Counted from the first letter of the stretch, positions 49,588 to 59,297 are shown. The stretch: DNA of 64,000 nt from an uncultured Arcobacter sp. (GCA_965140705.1 OZ223300.1:352001-416000); one strand, 5' to 3'. Numbers and translations are program-made. Notes: a model not told the origin generated them from the letters alone.

Positions 49588-49854
49588 ATGAATGCAACAA
49601 TAAATATATCAGGAAAAATTATGAGTGTACTTAATAAAACATTTGAAGACAAAACAACCGTTAATGTTCAATTTTTAAAAGAGAGTGAAAAAAAAGGTAT
49701 AGAAGTAATAAAAGTAAAATTAACAGAACAAGAAGACATCTTAAAAGTTGAACAAGGTCAGCTTATTTCTATTCCTGTTAATATCGCTTGTGTGAATAAT
49801 AACTTGTATTACTCACAATCTGGAACAATTAAATATCCAAGGGAAGCTAAATAA
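49588..49854 (+). CDS. Putative single-stranded DNA-binding protein (OB-fold-like), 88 aa
   Basis: GGAGG SD; alternating beta-strand pattern (INISGKI, VNVQF, VIKVKL, GQLISIPV); directly after rep. Confidence 0.55.
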   Translation: MNATINISGKIMSVLNKTFEDKTTVNVQFLKESEKKGIEVIKVKLTEQEDILKVEQGQLISIPVNIACVNNNLYYSQSGTIKYPREAK

Positions 49855-49856
49855 TC

Positions 49857-51113
49857 ATGATTGAAGGAATAAAGCTATTTTTATTAGATATAGCTCGTAT
49901 ATACTTCTTTTTAATTTTGGGTCTATTATTGGGTGTGTATGCACTCAATAATGGAGCAGTATCTCTTAGTCAAATTGGAGATAATCAGATAATGTTACTT
50001 TCCTTAATAGCAATATTAGTATTTTTTGAAAGGCTTGTGTATTTTGCTTTTAATTGGAAGTTTATTATCATGCCTTACAGTCTCAAGTTTTTATCTCAAC
50101 CAAAAAATGAGAGTAAGGAAACAAAAGTCTTTTTAGATAGGTTTGTTAAGAAGAAAGGAAATACTTTATATTATAAGAATAAAAATGCCATAGATACAAA
50201 GGCTTATATAGATAATCAAAATGAGATACTGCATTTTTTAAATTTATATCATAAGCCAGTTGAAATTAATATAATACCACATAAAAGAAAAGCTGTAAAA
50301 GTTGAACTTATAGAACTTCCAAAGTTTTATACTTTTAAAGTGGAGTATTTACAAAAGGGTTATATTTTTTATGGTATTTCAAAAGATGGCTTATATCATC
50401 TACCAATTAAAGAGCAAACACATTTACTCTGTGTTGGAGAGAGTGGAAGTGGTAAGAGTAATTTTCTAAACTGTTTAGTTTATTCAATCCTTTTCAATGA
50501 AGAGTATATTGATTACACTTATATGATAGATTTAAAAGGAGTAGAGCTTTATAAATACTCAAAACTACCATTTGTAAACTTTATTGATAATGTTGAAGAT
50601 ATAAGGACTTTATTAAAAGAGATAAAACAGATAATGAGTAATAGATTTAAAGTTATGCAAGAGAGTGGAGATTTACTATTTAAAGGCAAAACTATATTTG
50701 TACTTATAGATGAAATTGGAACAATAAGTTCCTATCCAAAAGCTATAAAAGATGAGATATATAATTTAATGATAGAAATATTTCAAAAAGGAAGAGCTGC
50801 TAAAATAGTCTTTTTAATTTTTGCCCAAAAGATAGATTCCGTTAACTTACCCTCAAATGTATTGGCTAATATTCAATCAAAATCATTGATGAAAACTGAA
50901 TCAGATTTTAACGTTAATAATACGATTGGAACTAAAGAGAGTATAGAAGAAATAACAAGGATAAAAGTAACAGACTTTAATCATGGTAGGATGATTTTAA
51001 AAGATGGTATTACAAGTCAAAAGAGCTTAGTTCAAGTATCATTTGTAGATGAAGCCATGCAAATGATTATGGATAAGTATTTTACCAGTTATTATAAGAA
51101 GTTTGAAAGATGA
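49857..51113 (+). CDS. FtsK/SpoIIIE-family ATPase with two N-terminal TM helices
   Basis: HLLCVGESGSGKS, IDLKGVEL, VLIDE, QKGRAA...AQK. Confidence 0.9.
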   Translation: MIEGIKLFLLDIARIYFFLILGLLLGVYALNNGAVSLSQIGDNQIMLLSLIAILVFFERLVYFAFNWKFIIMPYSLKFLSQPKNESKETKVFLDRFVKKKGNTLYYKNKNAIDTKAYIDNQNEILHFLNLYHKPVEINIIPHKRKAVKVELIELPKFYTFKVEYLQKGYIFYGISKDGLYHLPIKEQTHLLCVGESGSGKSNFLNCLVYSILFNEEYIDYTYMIDLKGVELYKYSKLPFVNFIDNVEDIRTLLKEIKQIMSNRFKVMQESGDLLFKGKTIFVLIDEIGTISSYPKAIKDEIYNLMIEIFQKGRAAKIVFLIFAQKIDSVNLPSNVLANIQSKSLMKTESDFNVNNTIGTKESIEEITRIKVTDFNHGRMILKDGITSQKSLVQVSFVDEAMQMIMDKYFTSYYKKFER

Positions 51114-51153
51114 CAGCCAATCCTTTGGATTGGTTGGCTTCTTTCTTCTTGAT
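51114..51153 (+). other. Hairpin plus TTCTTTCTTCTTGAT: candidate double-strand origin / nick site, or terminator
   Basis: CAGCCAATCC-TTT-GGATTGGTTG followed by a CTTG|AT motif. Confidence 0.45.
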
Positions 51154-51192
51154 TCTTTTTATATGAAGTGCCGCAGGTTGAATTAAATAAAA

Positions 51193-52290
51193 CTATTTTT
51201 TATTAATTTCTTCTTTTTTCTTTTTTATTAATTCTTGTTTTTCCCATCCTTGTACAGATTCAATAGGAATAACATATATAGTTCTTTTTATTTTTGTTTC
51301 ATTTTCTTGAGGTTTCTTTTCGAGTATAAAGTTTTTACCACTTCTCCAAAGCAAAATAAGATTTGAAACTTGGCATGGTTCTTTATTCTTGCCAGTTAAA
51401 ATTTTACAACTATTTTTATTTACTTGTATGGAACTAATTTCAATTTGACCTAAATTAAAACTTTTCATAATAGCAAATGGAATGACATGATAAGTATGAG
51501 TAAAAAATAATAAAATAAATAAAAAAAGAAGGCTAAAAGATAACTGTTCTATATATTTAGTATTTTTAATATTTACAGCTAAAAAAATAAATATGAATGT
51601 ACCAAGTAATAATAAATAATAAAATTCACTGTCAGATAAATCTTTACTATTTTGCAAAATTGAAACAGAAATTATAAATGAAAAAAGCATAAAAAAGTAA
51701 CTTAAATAAATGATTAGATTATATTTATAAAATGACTTAAATTTAAAAGCAATTTTTTGACTTGTAATATGATATTGGAATACAAGAGCAGGAATAATCA
51801 TATTTATTGATAACCATATAATAAATATACCCATATTATTATTGTTATCAGGAGAATACAATGAAATTGCAAAAAGAGAAAATACAATATAAGTAAACAT
51901 TGGAAATAAAAAAAGTTTTTGTTTTAATTTCTCGTCAATGGCTAGTTTTTCGCTGTATGTTATATTCTTTAAATCTTCACTTTTAAATGATTTATAAGAA
52001 ATTGCAGGAAAAACTAAATAAGAAAGAGTTAAAAATATAAAAATTAATCCAACAAATCCTGATACCAGAAATAGGAAAAAAGCATCTTCAATTTTTAGCA
52101 TTGGTAAATATCCAATTTTAAAGAAATACATTAAATTTATTAAACCACCAATAACTGCAAAAATATTAAAAATTAAAATTGGATGGTTCTTAAATAATTC
52201 AATATAATCTATCTTTTCATTATTCCTTCGGTATTTTTTTGATGTTAAGAGTATATTTTCAGATAAACTTTTAAATTTATTTGTTTCCAT
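51193..52290 (-). CDS. Hypothetical polytopic membrane protein (cargo)
   Basis: About 7 hydrophobic segments plus a soluble C-terminal domain; starts 4 nt after the AbiTii gene. Confidence 0.8.
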   Translation of the reverse strand: METNKFKSLSENILLTSKKYRRNNEKIDYIELFKNHPILIFNIFAVIGGLINLMYFFKIGYLPMLKIEDAFFLFLVSGFVGLIFIFLTLSYLVFPAISYKSFKSEDLKNITYSEKLAIDEKLKQKLFLFPMFTYIVFSLFAISLYSPDNNNNMGIFIIWLSINMIIPALVFQYHITSQKIAFKFKSFYKYNLIIYLSYFFMLFSFIISVSILQNSKDLSDSEFYYLLLLGTFIFIFLAVNIKNTKYIEQLSFSLLFLFILLFFTHTYHVIPFAIMKSFNLGQIEISSIQVNKNSCKILTGKNKEPCQVSNLILLWRSGKNFILEKKPQENETKIKRTIYVIPIESVQGWEKQELIKKKKEEINKK

Positions 52291-52294
52291 ATGT

Positions 52295-53137
52295 TTATAA
52301 TAATCCCAAAATACTAATAATCATTGAACCAACAGAAGCAAGTTCAGAACCTCTTGATAATAAACTACCTAAAACTGTTTTTGCTTTTTTATTGTCTATT
52401 TTTGAAGCTTCTAAATCTAAAATTACTTGATTTTCATCTTTTAAATTTAGTTTCTTTATTTCTTTAATCAATTTATCTATTTCATTACTAATATTATTTT
52501 CATTATAGATATTTGTTGAATTATTACCTGTAGAGATATTACCTAATTTAGATATATCTCCCATTACACCGTTAAAATTTTCAATATGAATATTTTTAGC
52601 TGCTTCTTTTTCTTTTTCTGTAAATATTAAATCATCATTTCCCAAAATTCCATCCTCCTCTAATTTTAAAGTCCATTCTAATAATAAGGTTCTTACTTTC
52701 TCAATAATCCCATATATTTGAATAGAATCAATAAATTGTGCAGGTTCACAATCTGTTGTATATAAATTCCTAAGCATATTAATTTGATGTCCACTTAAAC
52801 CTAATTGTAAATTATCGTCATTTGATTTTGAATCAGTAATTATTTTTTCCAGTTCACCAATAGGTTGAGAAAGCTTAGTTTTAGTTAAAGAATCTTCAAG
52901 ATTTTCATTAACTACAGCAGATGTCCAACCGTGATAAGGATTGAAAAACTTTAATTTTGTATGAATTTGTCTGTATTCAGGAATTTCTTCTTCATACCCT
53001 TTTAATTCTGAATTAATCCATTTTTTAAAATCATTTAATTTTAATTTTGTACTAATTACTAACGCTTCTCTAAATAAGTCTTGTAAGCTTTCATCTTTAT
53101 TTAGACATTTCTTTTGTAATTTAAGAACAATTGACAT
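52295..53137 (-). CDS. AbiTii-domain protein
   Basis: LQDLFREALVISTKLKLNDFKKWINSELKGY..IPEYR and terminal EKVRTLLLEWTLKLE match the AbiTii pattern as I recall it. Confidence 0.8.
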   Translation of the reverse strand: MSIVLKLQKKCLNKDESLQDLFREALVISTKLKLNDFKKWINSELKGYEEEIPEYRQIHTKLKFFNPYHGWTSAVVNENLEDSLTKTKLSQPIGELEKIITDSKSNDDNLQLGLSGHQINMLRNLYTTDCEPAQFIDSIQIYGIIEKVRTLLLEWTLKLEEDGILGNDDLIFTEKEKEAAKNIHIENFNGVMGDISKLGNISTGNNSTNIYNENNISNEIDKLIKEIKKLNLKDENQVILDLEASKIDNKKAKTVLGSLLSRGSELASVGSMIISILGLL

Positions 53138-54938
53138 ATTTATCCTTTACTTTTAAATATTTCAAAATAACAGCTTTAATCTCTGTCAAATCAAACCCAT
53201 ATTCAAGTTTTTCTAACATAGTCAGTAATCTATCTACTTGTCTTTTTCCGTATGTACCTTGTGAGTGAGATTTACTGATATGTCCATTCATATAGTCTAA
53301 TGCTCCTTCTTTAACACCCTCTACATCTTTTAATCTTTCAGTAAAGGTATGTCTAAAGCTATGAAAATCTTTTCTCTTTTTAGTTCCAGTTTTAAAAAAT
53401 TCTTCATCAATGAACTCTTTTTTGAAATTCTTATTATTGAACTTTTTAGAAAAAGCTTGACCGTAGCCTTTACCTTTGGTATAAAAAAGATTTTGGAAGA
53501 TTCTTTTATGTCCTTGTTTCTTTTGGTGGTCTATAAAATCTAAGAAACCAAGTTCTATTAGTTTTGGATGCATAGGAACGATTCTTTCAGTGGAATCCCC
53601 TTTTATATGCTTATCAGGTTCATCCTCTTCAATATTAATACAAGTGATACCTTTGATTTTTACTATATCTTTAATATAAAGGGAACAAAGTTCATTAACT
53701 CTAAGCCCTTGATAAAGCGCAACGATAGGTGCAAAGATTTTGTCAGGATGATTTTTCAAGTTAAATAGTAAATCTTCTTTATACCATTTAGTATTGAATA
53801 GTTTTTCTAAGTCTTCATCTGTATATGCTACTCTTTCCCATTTTTGAGCTTTTTTCTTACTTTGTACAGTTGTTTTTTTATTGGCTAATCTATTTTGGTC
53901 TAAGTATTCATCCTCTACACACCAAGTTAAAAATGCAGATATTCTTGATATTCTATTATTGACTGTTGAAACTGCTAACTTTTCCCATTTGATAGTTTCA
54001 TATTGTTCATAAATCTCTTTATAAGTATGGTCTTCATAAAGTTTTGAATATTGATTTTTGTCAGGTAAGTGTTTGAGAATTTTAACAAACTCTTTCATAT
54101 CATCTTGTGTAATATCAATTGCATACTCTTTTTGGGTAATATTTATTAACATTTGAATATCAGTTTCGTATCTTTTAGGGTCTTTTAATCCCTCTTCTCT
54201 TCTTTTTTCTAAATATTCTTCTTTTAATTGAAGTAGAGTTCTTTTTTTATATTGGTTTTTTGTTTCATTGAGTTTATCTTGTAGGGCATATTGAAAGTTA
54301 GCACTTTTCTCTTTATATTCTGTGTTAAAATCTACTTCTGTAAACTTACCAAACTCTTCTTTTAATAAATTTGGTACTTCTAATATTTCTTCATTTCTTG
54401 CTTTATCATATCTTAGGATTTCATTTTCAGCTTTTAAAAGTTTTGATTTGATGGCATTTCGTTTATTTTCAGGGATTTTGTTTATATCTTCTTGGCTTAT
54501 GTTTGTTCTTTTAATGATTCTTTCATAGAGTTCATCTTGTTTGTCTTTGTTAAAAATAGCAATTTTTAATTCAGCTAAAGCTTTATCTATAGAATCAGGA
54601 TGACCACCATCTAATAATATGCCATCTTCATTAGGATATGTAAAATCTTTATGTCTAAGTTCCTCTAACTCTTCATACTCAATAATGGCTTCTAAGACGT
54701 ACTTTTTCAATAATGATTTTATATAACTATGTAATTCTTCCGATTCCAAACTTCCATCCCAATTTTTGTTTAGTAGTAAAAATACTTTAATAGTTCTAAA
54801 GTTTATCATATTAATAATATATTTTGCCATTATTAAGCTATCAGTTTGTAGTGAAATTGTTATATTCTTCCTACAATTCGGGATTTTTCTTTTAAAATAG
54901 TAAGTGTTGCCTTTTTTAATTAAATACTTCGTTCTCAA
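53121..54938 (-). CDS. Tyrosine recombinase / integrase (DUF6538-like N-terminus)
   Basis: YYFKRKIP N-terminus; catalytic GLRVNE, K, HSFRH, GH and Y all present. Confidence 0.95.
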   Translation of the reverse strand: MRTKYLIKKGNTYYFKRKIPNCRKNITISLQTDSLIMAKYIINMINFRTIKVFLLLNKNWDGSLESEELHSYIKSLLKKYVLEAIIEYEELEELRHKDFTYPNEDGILLDGGHPDSIDKALAELKIAIFNKDKQDELYERIIKRTNISQEDINKIPENKRNAIKSKLLKAENEILRYDKARNEEILEVPNLLKEEFGKFTEVDFNTEYKEKSANFQYALQDKLNETKNQYKKRTLLQLKEEYLEKRREEGLKDPKRYETDIQMLINITQKEYAIDITQDDMKEFVKILKHLPDKNQYSKLYEDHTYKEIYEQYETIKWEKLAVSTVNNRISRISAFLTWCVEDEYLDQNRLANKKTTVQSKKKAQKWERVAYTDEDLEKLFNTKWYKEDLLFNLKNHPDKIFAPIVALYQGLRVNELCSLYIKDIVKIKGITCINIEEDEPDKHIKGDSTERIVPMHPKLIELGFLDFIDHQKKQGHKRIFQNLFYTKGKGYGQAFSKKFNNKNFKKEFIDEEFFKTGTKKRKDFHSFRHTFTERLKDVEGVKEGALDYMNGHISKSHSQGTYGKRQVDRLLTMLEKLEYGFDLTEIKAVILKYLKVKDKYVNCS

Positions 54939-55051
54939 TGGTTTCGCCTTTTTGGTTCAACCGCAAGTTCAATTTTTAATAAAATTTATCTCTTTTGAAG
55001 TATTAACACACTATACTACCGACATTGGTTCACTACGAAGGTTTTTAAAAC

Positions 55052-55069
55052 TTCATCCGCACCATCTAC
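55052..55069 (+). repeat. att site, right copy
   Basis: TTCATCCGCACCATCTAC, identical to 46023-46040. Confidence 0.92.
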
Positions 55070-55161
55070 TTTTAGATAAACTCAATATTTATAAGCTCTT
55101 TAATTTTTAATACTCCTTTGGGACTTTAATCTTATTTTACCTTTATATAATATTTACTTAG

Positions 55162-55238
<77 letters not shown>

Positions 55239-55300
55239 ACACACACAAAAATTTAATACCCTAATTTAGATTTTTAAAATTAAATAATGAAAGGAAAAAT

Positions 55301-55441
55301 ATGTCAATAACGAACATAAAATTAACAGATAAAATTGAAGTTTTTATTAGATTAATACAAAATAATGAAAGCATAAAAGACGCTTGTAGTAAAGCTGGAA
55401 TAAAAGTATCTACTGCTTCAAAACTAAACTATTCAAAGTAA
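55301..55441 (+). CDS. 46-aa small protein, HTH-like
   Basis: Below the ORF-track cutoff. AAAGGA SD; MSITNIKLTDKIEVFIRLIQNNESIKDACSKAGIKVSTASKLNYSK. Confidence 0.55.
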   Translation: MSITNIKLTDKIEVFIRLIQNNESIKDACSKAGIKVSTASKLNYSK

Positions 55442-55504
55442 AAAAATACTAATTCAAATGTAAATTAATTATATACATTGGTTCAATGATAAAATCATTA
55501 AACT

Positions 55505-55593
55505 AATAGTATTTAATTACTTTGAAAAATAGTAAAGCTCCCAATTATAAAACTTTTTCATCAAGAAATAAATCCCTAGGAATTATAATAATA
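55505..55593. repeat. 89-bp diverged direct repeat, copy 1 (remnant of a histidine kinase 3' end)
   Basis: Ungapped match to 61882-61970 with 8 mismatches by hand count. Confidence 0.88.
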
Positions 55594-55614
55594 CGTTAAC
55601 CTACTTTTTTTAAT

Positions 55615-56535
55615 TCAAATATTTTTAGATTTCTTTAATAAATATAATGAGTTTACAAATAAGGATAATATTATAATAAAACCTCCTGTAAAAGTACCAT
55701 CTGAAGGAACTTCTCTTAAAATCAACCAAACAAAGAATGGTGCAGCCACAGCTTCTAAAGTCATCAATAAACTAACTTCACTAGCGGGTAACTGTTTTGT
55801 TCCAAGAGAGATAAGAACTCTTGATATAGGAACTACTAAAAGACCAGCTAATAATAAAATCATTAAAGTACTCATATCAATCAGCAGATTATTCGCAAGA
55901 AAAAAAGATGTAGTTGCAATAATGAGACCTCCAAATGCAATAATTGCAAATCTATTGGCTTCATTGTATTTTGAAAGTACTACAAAATATAAAGAGAATA
56001 AATTTGCACTAATAAGTGCATAAATATTCCCCCTCATGTCACCACTGCCTAATTGTGAAAAGAAAATAACAGCTAGCCCAACAAAAATAAAAAAAGATAC
56101 AATATAAATATTTTTTTTACTTTTTTCTTTATAAAGTAAATATGAATAAAAAGCAGAAAACAATGGAGCAGAAGCTAGTATAAAAACAGTATTTGCAACT
56201 GTTGTTGTTTTAATGGCATTAATAAAAAAAACAATTGATATTCCAGATAAAGCACCACAGATTAAAATAGGCTGGATGTTCACTTTATATATAAAGATTG
56301 TTTTTTTCTTTAAGGTTGTCAATAAAATAATATTTAAGCTTAAAAACATGAAAATACCAATATAAAACGCAAATGTGAGTGCATCAATAGAAGTTATCTT
56401 CATAAAGAGTGTTTCTATACTCATAAGTAATACACCTGAAATAGTTATCAATATAGCTCGTAAATGCAAATTCTTCCTTTGTATCTTTTCTGAATGATTT
56501 ATATAAAACTGCGTAATATACAAAATAATATGCAA
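55615..56535 (-). CDS. DMT/EamA-family transporter
   Basis: About 10 TM segments; TTVANT..I..SAP, LPASEVSL..LE; start codon uncertain. Confidence 0.88.
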   Translation of the reverse strand: MHIILYITQFYINHSEKIQRKNLHLRAILITISGVLLMSIETLFMKITSIDALTFAFYIGIFMFLSLNIILLTTLKKKTIFIYKVNIQPILICGALSGISIVFFINAIKTTTVANTVFILASAPLFSAFYSYLLYKEKSKKNIYIVSFFIFVGLAVIFFSQLGSGDMRGNIYALISANLFSLYFVVLSKYNEANRFAIIAFGGLIIATTSFFLANNLLIDMSTLMILLLAGLLVVPISRVLISLGTKQLPASEVSLLMTLEAVAAPFFVWLILREVPSDGTFTGGFIIILSLFVNSLYLLKKSKNI

Positions 56536-56755
56536 TTAGAGAAATAAAATTTATTGATTATTTTCATAAATTTATTTGATATATAATTTATACATTGATT
56601 TTAATTTAATCTGATAGAATTTGAACAATTTATATATTCTTATATGTATACTTTATATACATAGTTATAAGACATGTAAAGAAAATGCTTTGCTAGAATA
56701 ATAGTTGTCAATTTAAAAAACAATATATTATTTAAGAAAAAAAGGAGATATTTAT

Positions 56756-57691
56756 ATGAAAAAAAGTAATTTAATGAATCTATTTGTAGATAAGGCTGGG
56801 TTAACTAAACCTATTTTAAATGGAGAAAGAAAAACAATAAAAAGTATACTTTCTCCATTTCAGAAAACGTTATTGGTCGCTAGTCTAGTATGCACGACTT
56901 TTGTTCATACTGCTCAAGCTGATTTACTTGAAGATATTAAAGCAAAAGGTGAAATAGTTATTGCGACTGAAGCACGTTATGCTCCTTTTGAAATGCTTAA
57001 AGATGGAAAAATTGTTGGTTACGATGAAGATATTTTGCATGAAATCTTAAAGGATTTACCAGGTGTAAAGTTAACTCAATTAGATTTACCTTTTCAAGGA
57101 ATTTTAACTGGTCTTAGTGCTAAACGTTATGATTTTGTAGTTACTGCATTAACATTAACTAAAAAGAGAATGGCTAAATATGCTTTTACCTATCCAATCT
57201 CAACAGCTTCGCTTGTTCTCTTAAAACGAAAAGGAGATGATCGTATCAAGTCACCAAAAGATATGGCTGGTATGATTCTTGGAATACAACGTGGTTCGGC
57301 ACAATTAAAGACTATTAAGGCATATGAAAAGGCTGAGCTTTCAAAGAATGGCTATAAAAAAATTAAAAAGTTTACTGATTACAATGAAGCTTATACAGCC
57401 TTAGCATCAAGACGGGTAGATGTTGTACCTCAAGCACTACCAAACTTGGCATCAGTAGTTAAAGAACGTTCTGACATATTTGAGATTGTTAGACCTAGTT
57501 TTGGTCCTGACTTATATTATGGTTGGGTAGGTAGAAAAGATGCCGAATCAGCTTCTTTAGTACAGTTCTTTAGTGATGGAATAGAAAAATTACACAAAAG
57601 CGGTAAGTTAGCAGAGCTACAAATGAAGTGGTTTGGGTTTAAAATGGATTTTCCAACAGGATATGTACCTATGCCTGAAGGTGAGAAATAA
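56756..57691 (+). CDS. Polar amino-acid ABC transporter substrate-binding protein
   Basis: IKAKGEIVIATE..YAPFE, GYD, FTYP. Confidence 0.92.
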   Translation: MKKSNLMNLFVDKAGLTKPILNGERKTIKSILSPFQKTLLVASLVCTTFVHTAQADLLEDIKAKGEIVIATEARYAPFEMLKDGKIVGYDEDILHEILKDLPGVKLTQLDLPFQGILTGLSAKRYDFVVTALTLTKKRMAKYAFTYPISTASLVLLKRKGDDRIKSPKDMAGMILGIQRGSAQLKTIKAYEKAELSKNGYKKIKKFTDYNEAYTALASRRVDVVPQALPNLASVVKERSDIFEIVRPSFGPDLYYGWVGRKDAESASLVQFFSDGIEKLHKSGKLAELQMKWFGFKMDFPTGYVPMPEGEK

Positions 57692-57693
57692 AT

Positions 57694-58647
57694 ATGAGTC
57701 AAGATCAACAACAATTACCCCGATATAGTGGTATTGCTACTTTTATGCGATGTGATTATGAAGAGTCATTAGAAGGAATTGATATTGGATTGATTGGTGT
57801 ACCATTTGATGGTGGTGTAACTAACCGTACTGGTACACGTCATGGTCCTCGTGATATTCGAGTTCAGTCAACTTTAATGCGTTCAATCAATCAAAGTACT
57901 GGTATTGCACCTTTTGAATTATGTAAAGTTGCTGATGTAGGGGATGCATTACCAGAAAGCCCATTTGAACTAGAACGTAGTCATAAATCTATTCAAAATT
58001 TTTTTGAAAAAGTTGTAGAAGCAGGCGTACTTCCCATTTCAGCTGGTGGAGACCATTCCATAAGTTTACCTATTTTAAGAGCTTTAGCTAAAGATGAGCC
58101 TGTAGCATTAGTACATTTTGATGCCCATTGTGATACTGGTGGCGATTATTTAGGATCTAAATTTCATCATGGTTCTCCTTTTAGAGTAGCTGTTGAAGAA
58201 GGTTTGATTGATCCTAAAAAAACTATTCAAATAGGTATTAGAGGTTCACTAAATCATAAAGAAATGTGGAAGTTTAGTCATGATAGTGGTATGCGGGTTA
58301 TCTATATGGATGAGTTTTATGATTTAGGTGTTGATGGTATAATTAAAGAAATCCATAAAATAGTGGGAGAGACACCTGCTTATATTACCTTTGATGTTGA
58401 TGGTTTAGATCCAGCCTTTGCAGTTGGAACAGGTACGCCCGAAGTTGGTGGTTTTACTACATTTGAAGCAATTGAAATGATCCGTGGTTTAACAGGTTTG
58501 CATATAGTTGGAGGAGATGTAGTTGAAGTCTCACCTCCCTTTGATCCCTCTGGTTCAACAGCATTAGTAGGCGCAACCATGATGTTCGAATTACTTTGTA
58601 TTGCTGCTGAGTCATTAGTAGCGCGTAAAGATAGCTTGGCATGTTAG
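57694..58647 (+). CDS. Ureohydrolase (agmatinase / guanidino-acid hydrolase family)
   Basis: GVPFD, GGDHS, HFDAHCD, TFDVDGLDP, GTGTPEVGG. Confidence 0.93.
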   Translation: MSQDQQQLPRYSGIATFMRCDYEESLEGIDIGLIGVPFDGGVTNRTGTRHGPRDIRVQSTLMRSINQSTGIAPFELCKVADVGDALPESPFELERSHKSIQNFFEKVVEAGVLPISAGGDHSISLPILRALAKDEPVALVHFDAHCDTGGDYLGSKFHHGSPFRVAVEEGLIDPKKTIQIGIRGSLNHKEMWKFSHDSGMRVIYMDEFYDLGVDGIIKEIHKIVGETPAYITFDVDGLDPAFAVGTGTPEVGGFTTFEAIEMIRGLTGLHIVGGDVVEVSPPFDPSGSTALVGATMMFELLCIAAESLVARKDSLAC

Positions 58648-59291
58648 ACTTTAGTGTTGTATTTGAACATTTTAATGATTTATTGAATGGGCTATGGATG
58701 ACCACATGGATATCCTTGCTATCGATTTTAATTGGTTTTATATTTAGTATTATTTTATGCCTAGGTCGTTTATCTTCAAATACTTTCATTAATTTTATTT
58801 GTCGATTTTATATCAGTGCAATAAGAGGAACTCCTCTACTTGTTCAATTAACAATTGTGTTCTATTTTTTACCATATTGGGGAATAAATATACCATCGAT
58901 TGTGGCTGCTATTATTACATTATCAATGAATACAGCAGCATTTCAAGCTGAAATTTTACGTGGGGGTTTTCAAACAATCCCCCATGGTCAAAAAGAAACA
59001 GCTTGGAGCTATGGTTATACACCCTTTCAATGTTTATATTACATCGAATTACCGCAAGTAATAAGAAAAGTACTGCCATCATTAACCAATGAAGTTATTG
59101 ACATTATTAAGAACTCTGCGCTTATTTCAACAATCGCAGTAATTGATTTAATGAGGGTTACCCAGGTTTATTCATCAACAACGTATCGCCCAATTGAATT
59201 CTTTGTTTCTGCAGGGGTACTGTATTTACTACTTACTTCTTGTATCAGTATTTTGGGACGTTATATCGAATCCCGTTTAATGACGCACTAG
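58641..59291 (+). CDS. Amino-acid ABC transporter permease
   Basis: RGTPLLVQL, AEILRGG, IKNSAL. Confidence 0.93.
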   Translation: MLDFSVVFEHFNDLLNGLWMTTWISLLSILIGFIFSIILCLGRLSSNTFINFICRFYISAIRGTPLLVQLTIVFYFLPYWGINIPSIVAAIITLSMNTAAFQAEILRGGFQTIPHGQKETAWSYGYTPFQCLYYIELPQVIRKVLPSLTNEVIDIIKNSALISTIAVIDLMRVTQVYSSTTYRPIEFFVSAGVLYLLLTSCISILGRYIESRLMTH

Positions 59292-59297
59292 GAGATT

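Larger units (their letters stand above)
46023..55069. mobile_element. 9.0-kb integrative element in tRNA-Leu (integrase, rolling-circle Rep, FtsK ATPase, defence cargo)
   Basis: 18-bp direct repeat TTCATCCGCACCATCTAC at 46023-46040 and 55052-55069; integrase next to the right copy. Confidence 0.93.

Noticed and set aside
47752..51113. Classical inovirus prophage
   Set aside because: Rep and SSB fit, but the ATPase has N-terminal TMs and FtsK/SpoIIIE motifs rather than a Zot/pI layout; there is no pIII-like gene, and the small protein has a lipobox and a largely acidic tail unlike a major coat protein. Not fully excluded without a profile search.
56536..56755. Guanidine or other riboswitch ahead of the ureohydrolase operon
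   Set aside because: Extremely AT-rich with no recognisable conserved riboswitch motif.
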